Source of the DNA: Candidatus Gottesmanbacteria bacterium
GTDB taxonomy: Bacteria > Patescibacteriota > Microgenomatia > 2-02-FULL-39-11
Reading direction: 5' to 3'
Length of the DNA: 64,000 bases
Assembly: GCA_016186795.1 (NCBI GenBank)
Contig: JACPKY010000002.1
Span: 529,044 to 593,043 of the forward strand
Under the pieces are notes generated by a model. It saw only the letters and a program-made list of their open reading frames with translations. It did not search any database and was not told the origin of the DNA. The number at the start of each line of letters is the position of its first letter. Positions within the stretch are counted from its first letter, which is position 1. Position numbers and translations under genes: made by a program. This document shows positions 27,703 through 37,799 of the stretch, piece after piece.

Positions 27703-28329
27703 ATGAAAGTAGTGAAAAAATCTAAGTCACAACAGGGTATTGCCCTTCTTCCAATTCTTATCGTCGCTGGCATTATTCTGGTAGGAATCCTCACCATCCC
27801 TAAGGTACTCCAAAAAACATCAAATACTGCAGAACCTGCCTCTGAACAAGTATCTGTCCCACCAGAAAGTGACACATGGGAAACATATCAAAGTAGCCAG
27901 TACGGGTATTCGGTAAAACATCCAAAAGGATGGATCGTGGATGACAGTCAATTTGCTACTAAACAAGAGATATCAATCTATGAGCCGAGCAAAAATGCAG
28001 GCGTCCAGATCAATGCATACCAGGATAATAGCGTCAATTCCGCTGCCTCAATGAAAGATTCTATGCAGGCTTTCAAAGAGAAAATGAGCTCTGAACCAAA
28101 TTTGAAAGTTGCAAAATTTACCGATAACGTTGAGGGAAACATCGGAGGATTTATCGCAACAGGTGAGCAAATAATCAATGGCGAAACCTATATATTTGAA
28201 AATCGAGGACTGCTTGCAACCAATGGTCGAATTCTTATCTTCCATGGCAACATCAAGGTTGATAAGAAACAAGAGTATACAGATACTATCTCAAAGATTA
28301 TGGAAAGCTTTTCCCTGGACAAAAACTAA
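27703..28329 (+). CDS. Hypothetical membrane-anchored extracytoplasmic protein
   Basis: MKVVKKSKSQQGIALLPILIVAGIILVGIL forms an N-terminal anchor. The soluble domain has no recognised motif. Start is uncertain; alternative ATGs are at 27622 and 27475. Confidence 0.35.
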   Translation: MKVVKKSKSQQGIALLPILIVAGIILVGILTIPKVLQKTSNTAEPASEQVSVPPESDTWETYQSSQYGYSVKHPKGWIVDDSQFATKQEISIYEPSKNAGVQINAYQDNSVNSAASMKDSMQAFKEKMSSEPNLKVAKFTDNVEGNIGGFIATGEQIINGETYIFENRGLLATNGRILIFHGNIKVDKKQEYTDTISKIMESFSLDKN

Positions 28330-28332
28330 CCA

Positions 28333-28914
28333 TTAATCTACCACTTCCTCCCAGGTATCGTTGACGATATCATTTCGATAGATTTTCTGTTCGTCAGGAT
28401 TATATCGATACCATCCAAATGTAGTCCTATGGTCTGGAAAGAGTTCAAACACTTGGATAAGATAAAAGCGTTCATCTGCTGTTGGATCCTTGGCAATATC
28501 GACATGGAATGTCGAACGCCCACCTTCTTCTACAGCTTGTTGAAACTCTACAACCTCGGGAAGTTTTGAAACTCTCTCGATACCATTTTCGCTTTGATTT
28601 ATTCCAGAAGTCCCCGCAGTAAAGAGTGTAAAAATGGCAAATGTGGCAAAGAGGGAAACAGCAATACTGAATGCGTTAAGAAGAATTGCAAGATACGAAA
28701 GATACTTGTTTGTTATAAAAGGCTGTGCTGATAGCTTTTTCTTCCCAAGTTTTCCTTGATATCCAATAGGGATAATAACCTTTTTTTCGCGATCTTTTAA
28801 AGTTACAATAGCCAAGATAAGCCCGGGAATCGATAAAAATAAACTCAAAAACCCAGTTATAGCCATTAAAAAAGAAAGTATTCCAAGAATATACGCCCCA
28901 ATCAATTTCTTCAT
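28333..28914 (-). CDS. Hypothetical membrane protein
   Basis: Three TM segments and a C-terminal soluble domain. Start chosen at MKKLIGAY. Confidence 0.35.
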   Translation of the reverse strand: MKKLIGAYILGILSFLMAITGFLSLFLSIPGLILAIVTLKDREKKVIIPIGYQGKLGKKKLSAQPFITNKYLSYLAILLNAFSIAVSLFATFAIFTLFTAGTSGINQSENGIERVSKLPEVVEFQQAVEEGGRSTFHVDIAKDPTADERFYLIQVFELFPDHRTTFGWYRYNPDEQKIYRNDIVNDTWEEVVD

Positions 28915-29366
28915 TTTTTCCTCCTTTTCCTTTCCTTCAGTTGCAATTGCTGCCACAAAAGCAATACTACTACATCTCCCATCAGGAGAAGCATTACTGC
29001 AATAATTGGCCCAATGTCAAAACGAGTAAGGATAAATGTCCCAGGACGAAGTTTCGTCATGAGGAGAAAAAGAATAAAGGTATTTGCAATCATTGCACTT
29101 GCTCCAAGCTTGAGACTCTGCGGTGTATTTATGGCAAATAAGATTATCGAAATAATAAGAAGTAGAAAAAATAGTAAAGCAATAAAATTTCCTTCTCTAA
29201 TCAATACAAAAATCTGAATAAATGTCAAAACGAATACAGAGAGATCTATCCCGAATGCAGCAATTCGTAGTTTTTCTAAGTTTCTTTTGGAGAAAGAATA
29301 ATAGAAGGTCTTAAGAGCCCAAAAAGAAATAAGTCCCCAGAGGATCCAAAAAAGGGCAGTTTCCAT
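28911..29366 (-). CDS. Hypothetical 4-TM membrane protein (possibly GtrA-like)
   Basis: 151 aa with four hydrophobic helices and a basic C-terminus. It lies adjacent to a GT-C-like gene. The GtrA assignment is speculative. Confidence 0.3.
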   Translation of the reverse strand: METALFWILWGLISFWALKTFYYSFSKRNLEKLRIAAFGIDLSVFVLTFIQIFVLIREGNFIALLFFLLLIISIILFAINTPQSLKLGASAMIANTFILFLLMTKLRPGTFILTRFDIGPIIAVMLLLMGDVVVLLLWQQLQLKERKRRKK

Positions 29367-29582
29367 TTAGGGGAAGAATTTTTTCCAAAGAAGAAAGATA
29401 AGTATTGCGATGATAATAATTCCTAACCAAAAGGGAAGAAAGGTTAGAATAAGGAGAAAAATCCCGAATACTATAACTGCCAGTACAATTTTCGAAAAAT
29501 CTATCGGCATATAATTCCATCTTAGAACAATTGCCAGATAAATATCAAGTATCAGGAAATCTCTTAGGTAAATGCCCCCCAA
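29367..29582 (-). CDS. Possible small 2-TM membrane protein
   Basis: 71-aa ORF that is hydrophobic throughout. It could equally be noncoding. Confidence 0.2.
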   Translation of the reverse strand: MGGIYLRDFLILDIYLAIVLRWNYMPIDFSKIVLAVIVFGIFLLILTFLPFWLGIIIIAILIFLLWKKFFP

Positions 29583-30739
29583 GCATTAACGATTACAGAC
29601 CAAAAGATAAGGAAGATGCTTATTTTGGATAATTTTTTCATTCCGAAAGAGGTAAGGATCATAAGAAGCGGGATAAAATCAAGCAGGTATCGATACCCAA
29701 ACTGAATCCAACCTTGATGAAACCATAAAAAATCTCCCATAGCAATGGAAAGGACCGCCAGCCAAGAAACTTTCATCAAGAAATCTCTTTTGGCCAAAAG
29801 GGCATAAAAAAATAAAGGACTGGTTATAATGACGCTTAAACCATACGGGGAGCGGGCAACATAGGGAAAATGAGAAGAAAAATCAGGCAGCATGAACAAT
29901 AGAGTGTAAAGATGAAGTGGGATATTGCGGATATCAACAATACCTGAAATAAAACCTGGATTACCAAGTCTGGCAAAAGTGTAGGGAACCGTGGAATTGA
30001 TGTAGCTTAGATAAACAGAATATCGACCGTCATCAAAAAAGTTGCCAAATCTGGAAAAATTGTAGTAGGCATTGAAAAGGAAAAAAGGAAAGGCACCCAA
30101 AACTAAAAGCAGAACTTTTTGAAAAAAATCGTGATAAGAAACACCTCTTTTGAGAAAAAGAAGAAAAAAGGGGAGAGATAAAAAGGTGGTTTGACGGCTA
30201 AATACGGCTAGACTAAAAAATAGTCCTATCAAAAATGGCCTTTTTTTGCCGAAGTTCTCCACCAAAGCAAGAAGAAGGAAAAAGACGGCAACAACATGAG
30301 AAAAAAACCACGTCGTACCAGTAACCGCGGCAGAAAAATGGACTGTCCCAAAGGCAAAAAAAAGTGTCAGGAGAAGTTTTTTTACAAGTGAGCTGACATT
30401 TAGCCGTCCCAGGAGGATAAAAATAAGAACTGCATTGAAAGCACCCAAAATCATGGATACAAATGTTTGGCTGAAATTTGTTTTCCAAAAATAAACAAAC
30501 GGAAGAAGAATAAGTGCGGGAGTTGGTCCAAACTGGAAGTAAACCTTGTTATTAATAAATACGGAATCACCATATTGCCAAGGAAGATCGACGATGTCAA
30601 AGCGACCACGCAGGAAAGAATCTGCCATGAAAACAAAGTGTTGGAATAAATTTGAGGGATGGGGATTTGCCAAAAAGTATACTGCAAGAACAAATAAAAA
30701 AATAATCACTGGCAAAAGTGAGACAAATTTCTTTAACAT
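29564..30739 (-). CDS. Polytopic membrane protein, putative GT-C-like glycosyltransferase (DUF2029/PMT-like)
   Basis: 391 aa with about 11 TM helices and an N-terminal loop containing DSFLRGRFDIVDLPWQYGD. Confidence 0.4.
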   Translation of the reverse strand: MLKKFVSLLPVIIFLFVLAVYFLANPHPSNLFQHFVFMADSFLRGRFDIVDLPWQYGDSVFINNKVYFQFGPTPALILLPFVYFWKTNFSQTFVSMILGAFNAVLIFILLGRLNVSSLVKKLLLTLFFAFGTVHFSAAVTGTTWFFSHVVAVFFLLLALVENFGKKRPFLIGLFFSLAVFSRQTTFLSLPFFLLFLKRGVSYHDFFQKVLLLVLGAFPFFLFNAYYNFSRFGNFFDDGRYSVYLSYINSTVPYTFARLGNPGFISGIVDIRNIPLHLYTLLFMLPDFSSHFPYVARSPYGLSVIITSPLFFYALLAKRDFLMKVSWLAVLSIAMGDFLWFHQGWIQFGYRYLLDFIPLLMILTSFGMKKLSKISIFLIFWSVIVNAWGAFT

Positions 30740-30799
30740 ATACTGTCTTAATTAGATTAACATGTTGTGGGAGAATTTAGGAGGATTTATCTTAGTATT

Positions 30800-33490
30800 T
30801 TAACTTGGCAGTTCCGGATAATGACAACGTTTCCACTTAACCGGCTTTCCATTTGCATCCGTTTTTCCACACCAGCATGGATCGTTTCGGCCAAGCTTTT
30901 TTGAGGAGCCTAACGGTTTTTCTTCTTTTTGCCGTTGTTCTTTTACAGATTCTGACATAGCTGTTTGTTCCTTCTGGAGCGCTGCAAGTTGGTCTGGTGC
31001 AAGTTGCACCTGTACTTTAAAGATCCTATGGACGATTTCGTAATCAATTCCCGAAATCAATCGTTCAAACATTGAAAATGCCTCGTTTTTATACTCAACA
31101 AGAGGATTAAGATGTCCATATCCTCGAAGGCCGATTCCCTCCCGAAGATCATCGATGCTATCTAAATGATCCATCCAGAAGTTATCAACAACCGAGAGGG
31201 CCACCCATTTCTCAACCTGTCTCATAACTTCTGTACCTAGCTGTTTTTCACGCTGTGCATACATATCTTGGGTTAGTTTTGTAAAAAAGTCAGATATCTC
31301 AGAAGATGACTTCAGCTGCTGAAGTTGAACAATTAACTGTTTTTGAGAATTTTGATCAAATGGAATTATGGAAACAAACTCTGTAACAAGTTTTTCTCTT
31401 TCTTCATCAGAAGGTGCATCTGCTGCTACTATTCCGGTTATCATCTGTATTTGTTTTTCCAGTTTTTCCAAAAATATCCCTTTTAAATCTTCGCCCAAAA
31501 CTATCTTTTTCCTTAGACCATAGATAATTTCTCGCTGCTTATTTAAAACATCATCATATTCAACCAAATGCTTTCGAGTATCAAAGTGGAATCCTTCTAC
31601 TTTCACCTGTGCTTGTTCAATCGATCTTGTAACCATCGCATGTTCCAACGGTACATCTTCTGGAAGTTTAAAAAATGTCATAAGCTTTGCAACCTGCTCA
31701 CCACCAAAAAGTCTCATAATATCATCATTGAGTGCCACGTAAAATCGTGCTGCTCCAGGATCACCTTGCCTTCCGCTTCTTCCTCGAAGTTGGTTATCAA
31801 TTCGACGGGACTCATGCCTCTCTGTACCAATAACATAAAGGCCACCCAAGGAAACAACTTCGTCGTGATTTTTCTTCCATATCTCATAGGCTTTTTTATA
31901 CTCGGATGCATCCTTAGCCTTTTCCTTCACCGGTGGTGCTCCACCAAGGATGATATCAACACCGCGACCAGCCATATTGGTGGCAACCGTCACCGCTCCT
32001 TTCCCTCCTGCATTTGCTATAATTTGTGCTTCCTTTTCGTGATTTTTTGCGTTTAATAGTTCATGCCGTACGCCCTTCTTGGTTAATAGGTCGGAAAGGA
32101 ATTCATTTTTCTCAATAGAGGTTGTACCTACCAAAATCGGTTGTCCCTTTTCATGTGCCAATGCTATGTCTTCAGTAACTGCGTTAAATTTTGCTTGGAA
32201 CGTCTTATAGACCATATCAGGATAATCCTTCCTGATCATAGGCTTATTGGTAGGAATCACAATAACGTCAAGCTTGTATATCTTATGGAATTCCTCAGCT
32301 TCTGTTGCTGCTGTTCCTGTCATTCCTGCTAACTTCTCATACATGCGGAAGTAGTTTTGCAGTGACACTGTGGCAAGTGTCCTTGATTCTTGCTGAATAG
32401 GTACCCCTTCTTTTGCTTCGATAGCTTGATGCAAACCCTCAGAAAATCTTCTCCCTGTTAGCATGCGACCAGTAAACTCATCAACAATGACAACCTGTCC
32501 ATCTCGTACCACATATTCTTTGTCTTTTCTAAAAAGTGTCATAGCTTTCAACGCTGCTTCGATATGATGAACAGTTGAAAAGTCTTTCTCATAGAGATTC
32601 TCAACATTGAGCGATTTCTCTACTTTCATAATACCGTCTTCCGTCAGATGAGCGGTATGAAGCTTCTCATCGACAACAAATTCTTTCTCCGAAGTCAAAG
32701 TCGATACAATTTTTGCATAATCGTAATATTTATCTGTAGGGGAAGTATCGGGAGCAGAAATGATATGTGGAGTTCTCGCCTCGTCAATAAGAACCGAGTC
32801 TACTTCATCGACAATTGCGTAGTGAAATCCTCTCTGGACCAGCTGGGAAACATCAGATACCATGTTATCTCGAAGGTAGTCGAAACCAAATTCACTATTG
32901 ATACCATAGGTAATATCTGCTTTATAAGCTTCTTTTCGGGAAACTTGACGAAGATGAACTAACCGCCAATCCGAGGTATTCTCATCAGTATGTTCTGCAT
33001 CAAAGAGAAATGATTGATCGTGAATAATAGCAGATGTAGTAAGTCCCAAAAGATGAAAAATAGGCCCCATCCATCCAGCATCACGTCTTGCTAGATAATC
33101 ATTTACTGTTACCAAATGAACACCTTTTCCGGTCAAAGCATTTAAGTACAATGCAGGTATAGCTGAAAGAGTTTTCCCCTCACCTGTTTTTTGCTCTGCA
33201 ACCGCGCCCCGATGAAGAGCGATTGCAGCAACAAGCTGTACGTCGTAATGTCTTTCGCCAATTGTCCGTTTTGCTGCCTCTCGCACCAGTGCATACGCTT
33301 CTGGCAAAATATCATTAAGGGTTTCTCCCTGTTGGAGACGCTCCTTAAATTGAAGAGTTTTCTTTGGGAAATCATTTATGGGAATCTTGGAAACGTCACC
33401 CTCGAGTGAGTTAATTTTCGAAACAACAGGCGCAATTTGGGAAAGTTCCCGCTTATTTACGTCAAATAGCTTTCCGAATATGTTTAGCAT
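30800..33490 (-). CDS. secA: Preprotein translocase ATPase SecA
   Basis: Walker A AEQKTGEGKT, DEAD-like motor domains and a C-terminal Zn finger CWCGK...C-H-Y. 896 aa. Confidence 0.9.
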   Translation of the reverse strand: MLNIFGKLFDVNKRELSQIAPVVSKINSLEGDVSKIPINDFPKKTLQFKERLQQGETLNDILPEAYALVREAAKRTIGERHYDVQLVAAIALHRGAVAEQKTGEGKTLSAIPALYLNALTGKGVHLVTVNDYLARRDAGWMGPIFHLLGLTTSAIIHDQSFLFDAEHTDENTSDWRLVHLRQVSRKEAYKADITYGINSEFGFDYLRDNMVSDVSQLVQRGFHYAIVDEVDSVLIDEARTPHIISAPDTSPTDKYYDYAKIVSTLTSEKEFVVDEKLHTAHLTEDGIMKVEKSLNVENLYEKDFSTVHHIEAALKAMTLFRKDKEYVVRDGQVVIVDEFTGRMLTGRRFSEGLHQAIEAKEGVPIQQESRTLATVSLQNYFRMYEKLAGMTGTAATEAEEFHKIYKLDVIVIPTNKPMIRKDYPDMVYKTFQAKFNAVTEDIALAHEKGQPILVGTTSIEKNEFLSDLLTKKGVRHELLNAKNHEKEAQIIANAGGKGAVTVATNMAGRGVDIILGGAPPVKEKAKDASEYKKAYEIWKKNHDEVVSLGGLYVIGTERHESRRIDNQLRGRSGRQGDPGAARFYVALNDDIMRLFGGEQVAKLMTFFKLPEDVPLEHAMVTRSIEQAQVKVEGFHFDTRKHLVEYDDVLNKQREIIYGLRKKIVLGEDLKGIFLEKLEKQIQMITGIVAADAPSDEEREKLVTEFVSIIPFDQNSQKQLIVQLQQLKSSSEISDFFTKLTQDMYAQREKQLGTEVMRQVEKWVALSVVDNFWMDHLDSIDDLREGIGLRGYGHLNPLVEYKNEAFSMFERLISGIDYEIVHRIFKVQVQLAPDQLAALQKEQTAMSESVKEQRQKEEKPLGSSKKLGRNDPCWCGKTDANGKPVKWKRCHYPELPS

Positions 33491-33524
33491 GAACCTCTCA
33501 TTTTACCACGATTTAGGAGATGAT

Positions 33525-34151
33525 TCACCCTGACAGGAGGATAAGTCGACTCATAGGGAATTCTTGAAGTATATGGATGGTTCCGAAGATCTCCTTACAC
33601 CTCGATAGAAACGCTTCAAACTCCTTGGGATCTTCAGAAAAGAATTGACTATTATAGAGAACTTTCCCTCTCGATTTCAAACGTTTTTTTATGTGTCGCA
33701 AAAATGTCAATGTTCTGGCTTTTTGAGGATTCCGGCGTCCGATATAAAGATCGACAATAACAAGATTAAATTTCTGTCTTTGTTTTTTTATCCACTCAAT
33801 TGCGTCCGCACAGATAAGATTTCCCTGAATATTAAATTCCGTTCGGGCAATTTCAATCATTTTCGGATCGATATCAACCGCGATGATTTCAATATTTGGA
33901 AACGCCCTCTCCAGAAAATAAACAACAGTCCCTCCTCCAATACCAAGGATCAAACATTTTTGAATTTTGAATTTTGAATTTTGAATTATTGTAATTGCCT
34001 TCTTCCACATATCGTAGGTAAACCCACCGCTATGCGTTACACCACCTGCGCGTAACGTATTTTTTCCTGCAAATTGGAATAAATCAATTGGCCCATGGAC
34101 AAAGGAGTGAAACGTCGATTTTTTGGGTAGAAGACCACCCCGGAGTTTCAT
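33525..34151 (-). CDS. Class I SAM-dependent methyltransferase, spermidine-synthase-like fold
   Basis: LILGIGGGTVVYFL (motif I) and IIAVDIDPKMIEIAR. Confidence 0.5.
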   Translation of the reverse strand: MKLRGGLLPKKSTFHSFVHGPIDLFQFAGKNTLRAGGVTHSGGFTYDMWKKAITIIQNSKFKIQKCLILGIGGGTVVYFLERAFPNIEIIAVDIDPKMIEIARTEFNIQGNLICADAIEWIKKQRQKFNLVIVDLYIGRRNPQKARTLTFLRHIKKRLKSRGKVLYNSQFFSEDPKEFEAFLSRCKEIFGTIHILQEFPMSRLILLSG

Positions 34152-34157
34152 AGAAGA

Positions 34158-36278
34158 TTATAATCCCAATTCACCTGATATACCTTGCATTGATGCAAGG
34201 CAGATTTCGATAAATTTATCTAGGGGTATCCCCAACGTATCTTGGCATTTTTCTATCCTTTTCCTATCAACTCCGGAAGCAAATGAGGTATTTCCCCATT
34301 TTTTCTTAACCGATTCCAAAGTTACCTGTGCCAATTTTTTATCCGGACGAACAAGAGCTGTTGCCGTTATAAGACCTGATAATTCATCGCATGTAAAGAT
34401 TGCCCAGTCGGCCCGTGTTTGTGGTTCTCTCCCTTTTCCAGTCATTTCAAAATTATGAGAAAGAATGATGGTAATGAGCTCTTTACTCACATGGCGTTTT
34501 TCCAATTCCTTGGAAAGAACAATGGTATGCGTTTTCGGATCGTTTTGCGTTTTTTCCCAGTCAGCATCATGCAGAAGTCCAACAAGTCCCCACAACTCCT
34601 CATCTTCGCCAAAGTGTTTTGCTAAAGCTCTCATTTCCGCTTCCACTGCTAACATATGTTTGACAAGATTTGGATTTTTGATCCAGTCTTTGACAAGAGT
34701 GAGAGCTTCTTCTCTTGTTATATTTAAATTTTCCGATTTGGAGGTTTTGGAAGAAAGAGTAGATTTCAGAGATTTTTTTTCTGTGCGAGGCAGGTCTTCC
34801 TTTTCTTTTTTCGAAATATGAAGTGGCCGAAGTGTAGGGAACGCAATAACGTCTTTAATGTTTTTCGCATCGGTTAGTAGCATAACAAGTCTATCAACCC
34901 CAATCCCCAATCCGCATGTTGGTGGAAACCCATGCTCAATTGCCTCAAGATAATCAGAATCAGTCTGGTGTGCTTCCTCAAAACCTGATGCTTCTCGTTT
35001 TTTTTCTTCAATAAAACGCTGTCTCAAATCAACAGGATCATTGAGTTCCGTATAATTATTGCCTAGTTCCGAACCAAAAGCGAAGAATTCAAAACGCTGT
35101 GTAAACCGTGGATCAGGACATTTTTTCGCAAGAGGCGAAACTTCAATCGGAAAATCATAAATAATAGTAGGCTGCACTAACTTTTTTTCAATCGTCTGTT
35201 CAAAAGCAAACGCCATGACCTCACCTATTGTGTGACTCTTGTCTAAGTCTTTCAGTTTCTCGGAAGGAATTTCCATCGAGTGAACCGCTTTTTTTGCTTC
35301 TTCAAGTGTATTCCATTCCAAGGGATTTACGGACGTATATTTTTGAATAGACTCAACAAGTGTATGACGCTGCCAAGGACGTTTGACATCCATCTCTATT
35401 CCTTGATAGGTAAATTTTGTCGTTTGTAAGACTTTTTGGGCAACATATTCGATGAGCTCTTCAGTAATATCCATCCCGTAAAAATAGTCCTCATATGCAA
35501 TCTGAGCTTCAAACATCGTAAACTCAGGATTATGCTCGTGGTCAACGCCTTCGTTTCTGAATACTTTGGTTATCTCGAATACTTTCTCAAATCCGCCCAC
35601 AATGAGGCGTTTGAGATACATCTCATCTGAGATTCGCAAATAAAAATCTGTATCAAGCGCATTGTGATGGGTGACAAAAGGGTGGGCAAATCCTCCGCCG
35701 TAAACAGCTTGAAGAGTGGGAGTCTCAACTTCGATAAACCCTTTTTTTGTCAGAAATTCTCGCATTGATTCAACAACTGCTCCACGTACTTTCAATGTTT
35801 CTCGTACAACAGGATTTAGGAGCATATCCAAATACCTCTTCCTGTATCGCTCCTCAATATCTTTCAGCCCATGCCATTTATCAGGAAGAGGTCTGGTGGT
35901 CTTCGTCAGAGGAGAAAATTCGTTAACCGTAATAGTAATCTCTCCGGCCTGCGTTTTCCCAACGATTCCACTTGCAGAAAGGAAATCACCAATATCAAGA
36001 AGCTCTACAATAGTAAATTTATCCTGAGGAATGATATCGGATTTAAAAAGAAGTTGGATTTTTCCGCTTTCATCAACGAGATCTCCAAAAAGTATTTTCC
36101 CGTGCCCCCGAAGTGCTATGAGTCGTCCGGCAACGGAAACACTCTCCCCATCCATTTCTCTAGCATCGGAAATTGACTGGACTCTCTGCACTTTTGAGGG
36201 ATATGGATTTACACCAAGTTTTTTTAGTCGTTCTAATTTTTTCAGCCGTTCTGCTTTTAGGTCATCAATTGTTGCCAT
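34158..36278 (-). CDS. lysS: Lysine--tRNA ligase (class II) fused to a C-terminal HD-domain phosphohydrolase
   Basis: N-terminal OB fold, then a class II core with motif 3 GLGIGVDRLVMLL. The C-terminal ~200 aa carry HD-domain residues (HMLAVEAEMRALAKH...LLHDADW). Confidence 0.85.
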   Translation of the reverse strand: MATIDDLKAERLKKLERLKKLGVNPYPSKVQRVQSISDAREMDGESVSVAGRLIALRGHGKILFGDLVDESGKIQLLFKSDIIPQDKFTIVELLDIGDFLSASGIVGKTQAGEITITVNEFSPLTKTTRPLPDKWHGLKDIEERYRKRYLDMLLNPVVRETLKVRGAVVESMREFLTKKGFIEVETPTLQAVYGGGFAHPFVTHHNALDTDFYLRISDEMYLKRLIVGGFEKVFEITKVFRNEGVDHEHNPEFTMFEAQIAYEDYFYGMDITEELIEYVAQKVLQTTKFTYQGIEMDVKRPWQRHTLVESIQKYTSVNPLEWNTLEEAKKAVHSMEIPSEKLKDLDKSHTIGEVMAFAFEQTIEKKLVQPTIIYDFPIEVSPLAKKCPDPRFTQRFEFFAFGSELGNNYTELNDPVDLRQRFIEEKKREASGFEEAHQTDSDYLEAIEHGFPPTCGLGIGVDRLVMLLTDAKNIKDVIAFPTLRPLHISKKEKEDLPRTEKKSLKSTLSSKTSKSENLNITREEALTLVKDWIKNPNLVKHMLAVEAEMRALAKHFGEDEELWGLVGLLHDADWEKTQNDPKTHTIVLSKELEKRHVSKELITIILSHNFEMTGKGREPQTRADWAIFTCDELSGLITATALVRPDKKLAQVTLESVKKKWGNTSFASGVDRKRIEKCQDTLGIPLDKFIEICLASMQGISGELGL

Positions 36279-36326
36279 AAATTATTTGCTAATTATCATA
36301 TATTAATTAACTTTATTCAATAATCT

Positions 36327-36989
36327 TCAGTTCAAATCTAGTTTATTGAATACAAGGTAATCTACTACTCCTTCCAGATCAGGTATGGGATTATCAAGCC
36401 ATGTATGAGGTGCTCCTATAATCTCCTGTGCGAAACGCCTCACAACATCCGGATGCTCTATCCCCATTCTAGCAAATGCTATTGCCCACCTGTGTTCAAG
36501 ATTCCCATGCTGTAGTGCGTATTCACGGCCAAGCCGTGCTAAGTCTTTCACCAGTTCTGGATACGCATAGTGATCTTTGGTAAATCCCCAAAGATTATCT
36601 AAAAGGGAAGTAAAATGTCCTTTCCCCATTATTCCTGTAAGTCCCCCGGTAGGTAAACGATTATTTCCATTTCCATAACTTCCGTTATCCGTTGAATGGA
36701 CCCCAGATGCATCTTGTCTCATTGCTAATTGAATACGTTGCGGAAGCGATTCAGGGTCCCCATAACGAAATGAACTTCCACTTAAAAGTAGGTATGCCCT
36801 GTCAGGGACATTGATGCCAAACCGACGTGCTTCATCTAATTTCGGTCGAGTTCCGTTCCTTTCACCTGTATATCTGGGATGAACAAGTTCTGTATTTATT
36901 GCAAAACCATATGTATCAGAAAGTTCATGGATTTGCTCAACAATTGGTATCGCTAAATGATTATCATCATGCACATGAAGAAAGCACAT
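36327..36989 (-). CDS. Hypothetical protein (His/Asp/Gly/Arg-rich; possible metal-dependent hydrolase)
   Basis: N-terminal FLHVHDDNH resembles HxH-type metal-binding starts. Composition and GC (about 43-45%) differ from neighbouring genes. Confidence 0.35.
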   Translation of the reverse strand: MCFLHVHDDNHLAIPIVEQIHELSDTYGFAINTELVHPRYTGERNGTRPKLDEARRFGINVPDRAYLLLSGSSFRYGDPESLPQRIQLAMRQDASGVHSTDNGSYGNGNNRLPTGGLTGIMGKGHFTSLLDNLWGFTKDHYAYPELVKDLARLGREYALQHGNLEHRWAIAFARMGIEHPDVVRRFAQEIIGAPHTWLDNPIPDLEGVVDYLVFNKLDLN

Positions 36990-37000
36990 AACTTGAGCTC

Positions 37001-37666
37001 TTAAAATTTCATCAAGAACATAGTAAATATTGACTCATATTGTTCTGGAGTTCCACCATTTGTTGCAGGCAGTCCTAACCCTGTAATTATGGGGCGGTCA
37101 AAACGGCTATTAATATCTGCGATTCGGCCAATAAAGCGACGTATTTCTTTGGGATCTGTTTCCGTTGCTTGTTCTAGACTTGCTCGTATATCAACTTCCT
37201 GATCGTGCGGGGCTATTGCAACTATTTGTTCTAAAATATCCCCCAATTCATCAGCAGATCGTCGACGACGACCACCGTTTTCTGATGCATTTCCATACAA
37301 ATGAAGTCTTGGCCCAATTCGAAATCCTAACGCTGCATCATCAACCGTCATCATCGTATGCTGAGCAATTTGATGGTCCACATGATTTTCTCTGCCGATT
37401 TCTAATAAACCATGGTTTAAATGCGCAGCAGTTGGTCCTGACCTGGAGTTTTGCAGTTCCATAAGCATCGTTGGGTCTTGTGGAAGATCATACTTGATGA
37501 AAGGAACTGCCCAATCAACTACCATATGACACGTTGGAGGTAAATCAAAATCACGAATGGTATACCCCTCAGGATAATACTGAGGCGTTTGCAGCCCCTC
37601 TCGAATTCCTATTGTTGATCCATTTTCTGATGCATTCATATTATTTCCACAATCCCAGTAGTACAC
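37001..37666 (-). CDS. Hypothetical protein, partner of 36327-36989
   Basis: Its stop lies 11 nt before the next gene's ATG, and it shares the same atypical composition. No recognised motif. Confidence 0.35.
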   Translation of the reverse strand: MYYWDCGNNMNASENGSTIGIREGLQTPQYYPEGYTIRDFDLPPTCHMVVDWAVPFIKYDLPQDPTMLMELQNSRSGPTAAHLNHGLLEIGRENHVDHQIAQHTMMTVDDAALGFRIGPRLHLYGNASENGGRRRRSADELGDILEQIVAIAPHDQEVDIRASLEQATETDPKEIRRFIGRIADINSRFDRPIITGLGLPATNGGTPEQYESIFTMFLMKF

Positions 37667-37772
37667 TTACTTACTCGCAAGGTCTACGTCCTTGCCTCGC
37701 AAGAGCGTGACTACGGGATTGATCGGCTCGTAAACTCATCAAAACTTCGTTTTTCTTCGTTAACGAACCATC

Positions 37773-37799
37773 AAAAAAACCCCTCGTATGGAGGGGTTT
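37773..37799 (-). terminator. Rho-independent terminator downstream of greA
   Basis: aaacccctc-gtatg-gaggggttt hairpin whose minus-strand reading is followed by a T-run. Confidence 0.55.

Noticed and set aside
33958-33978. (TTTTGAA)x3 repeat considered as a phase-variation switch
   Set aside because: It encodes an ordinary Lys/Phe/Gln segment in frame within a housekeeping-type methyltransferase, and there are no hallmarks of a contingency locus.
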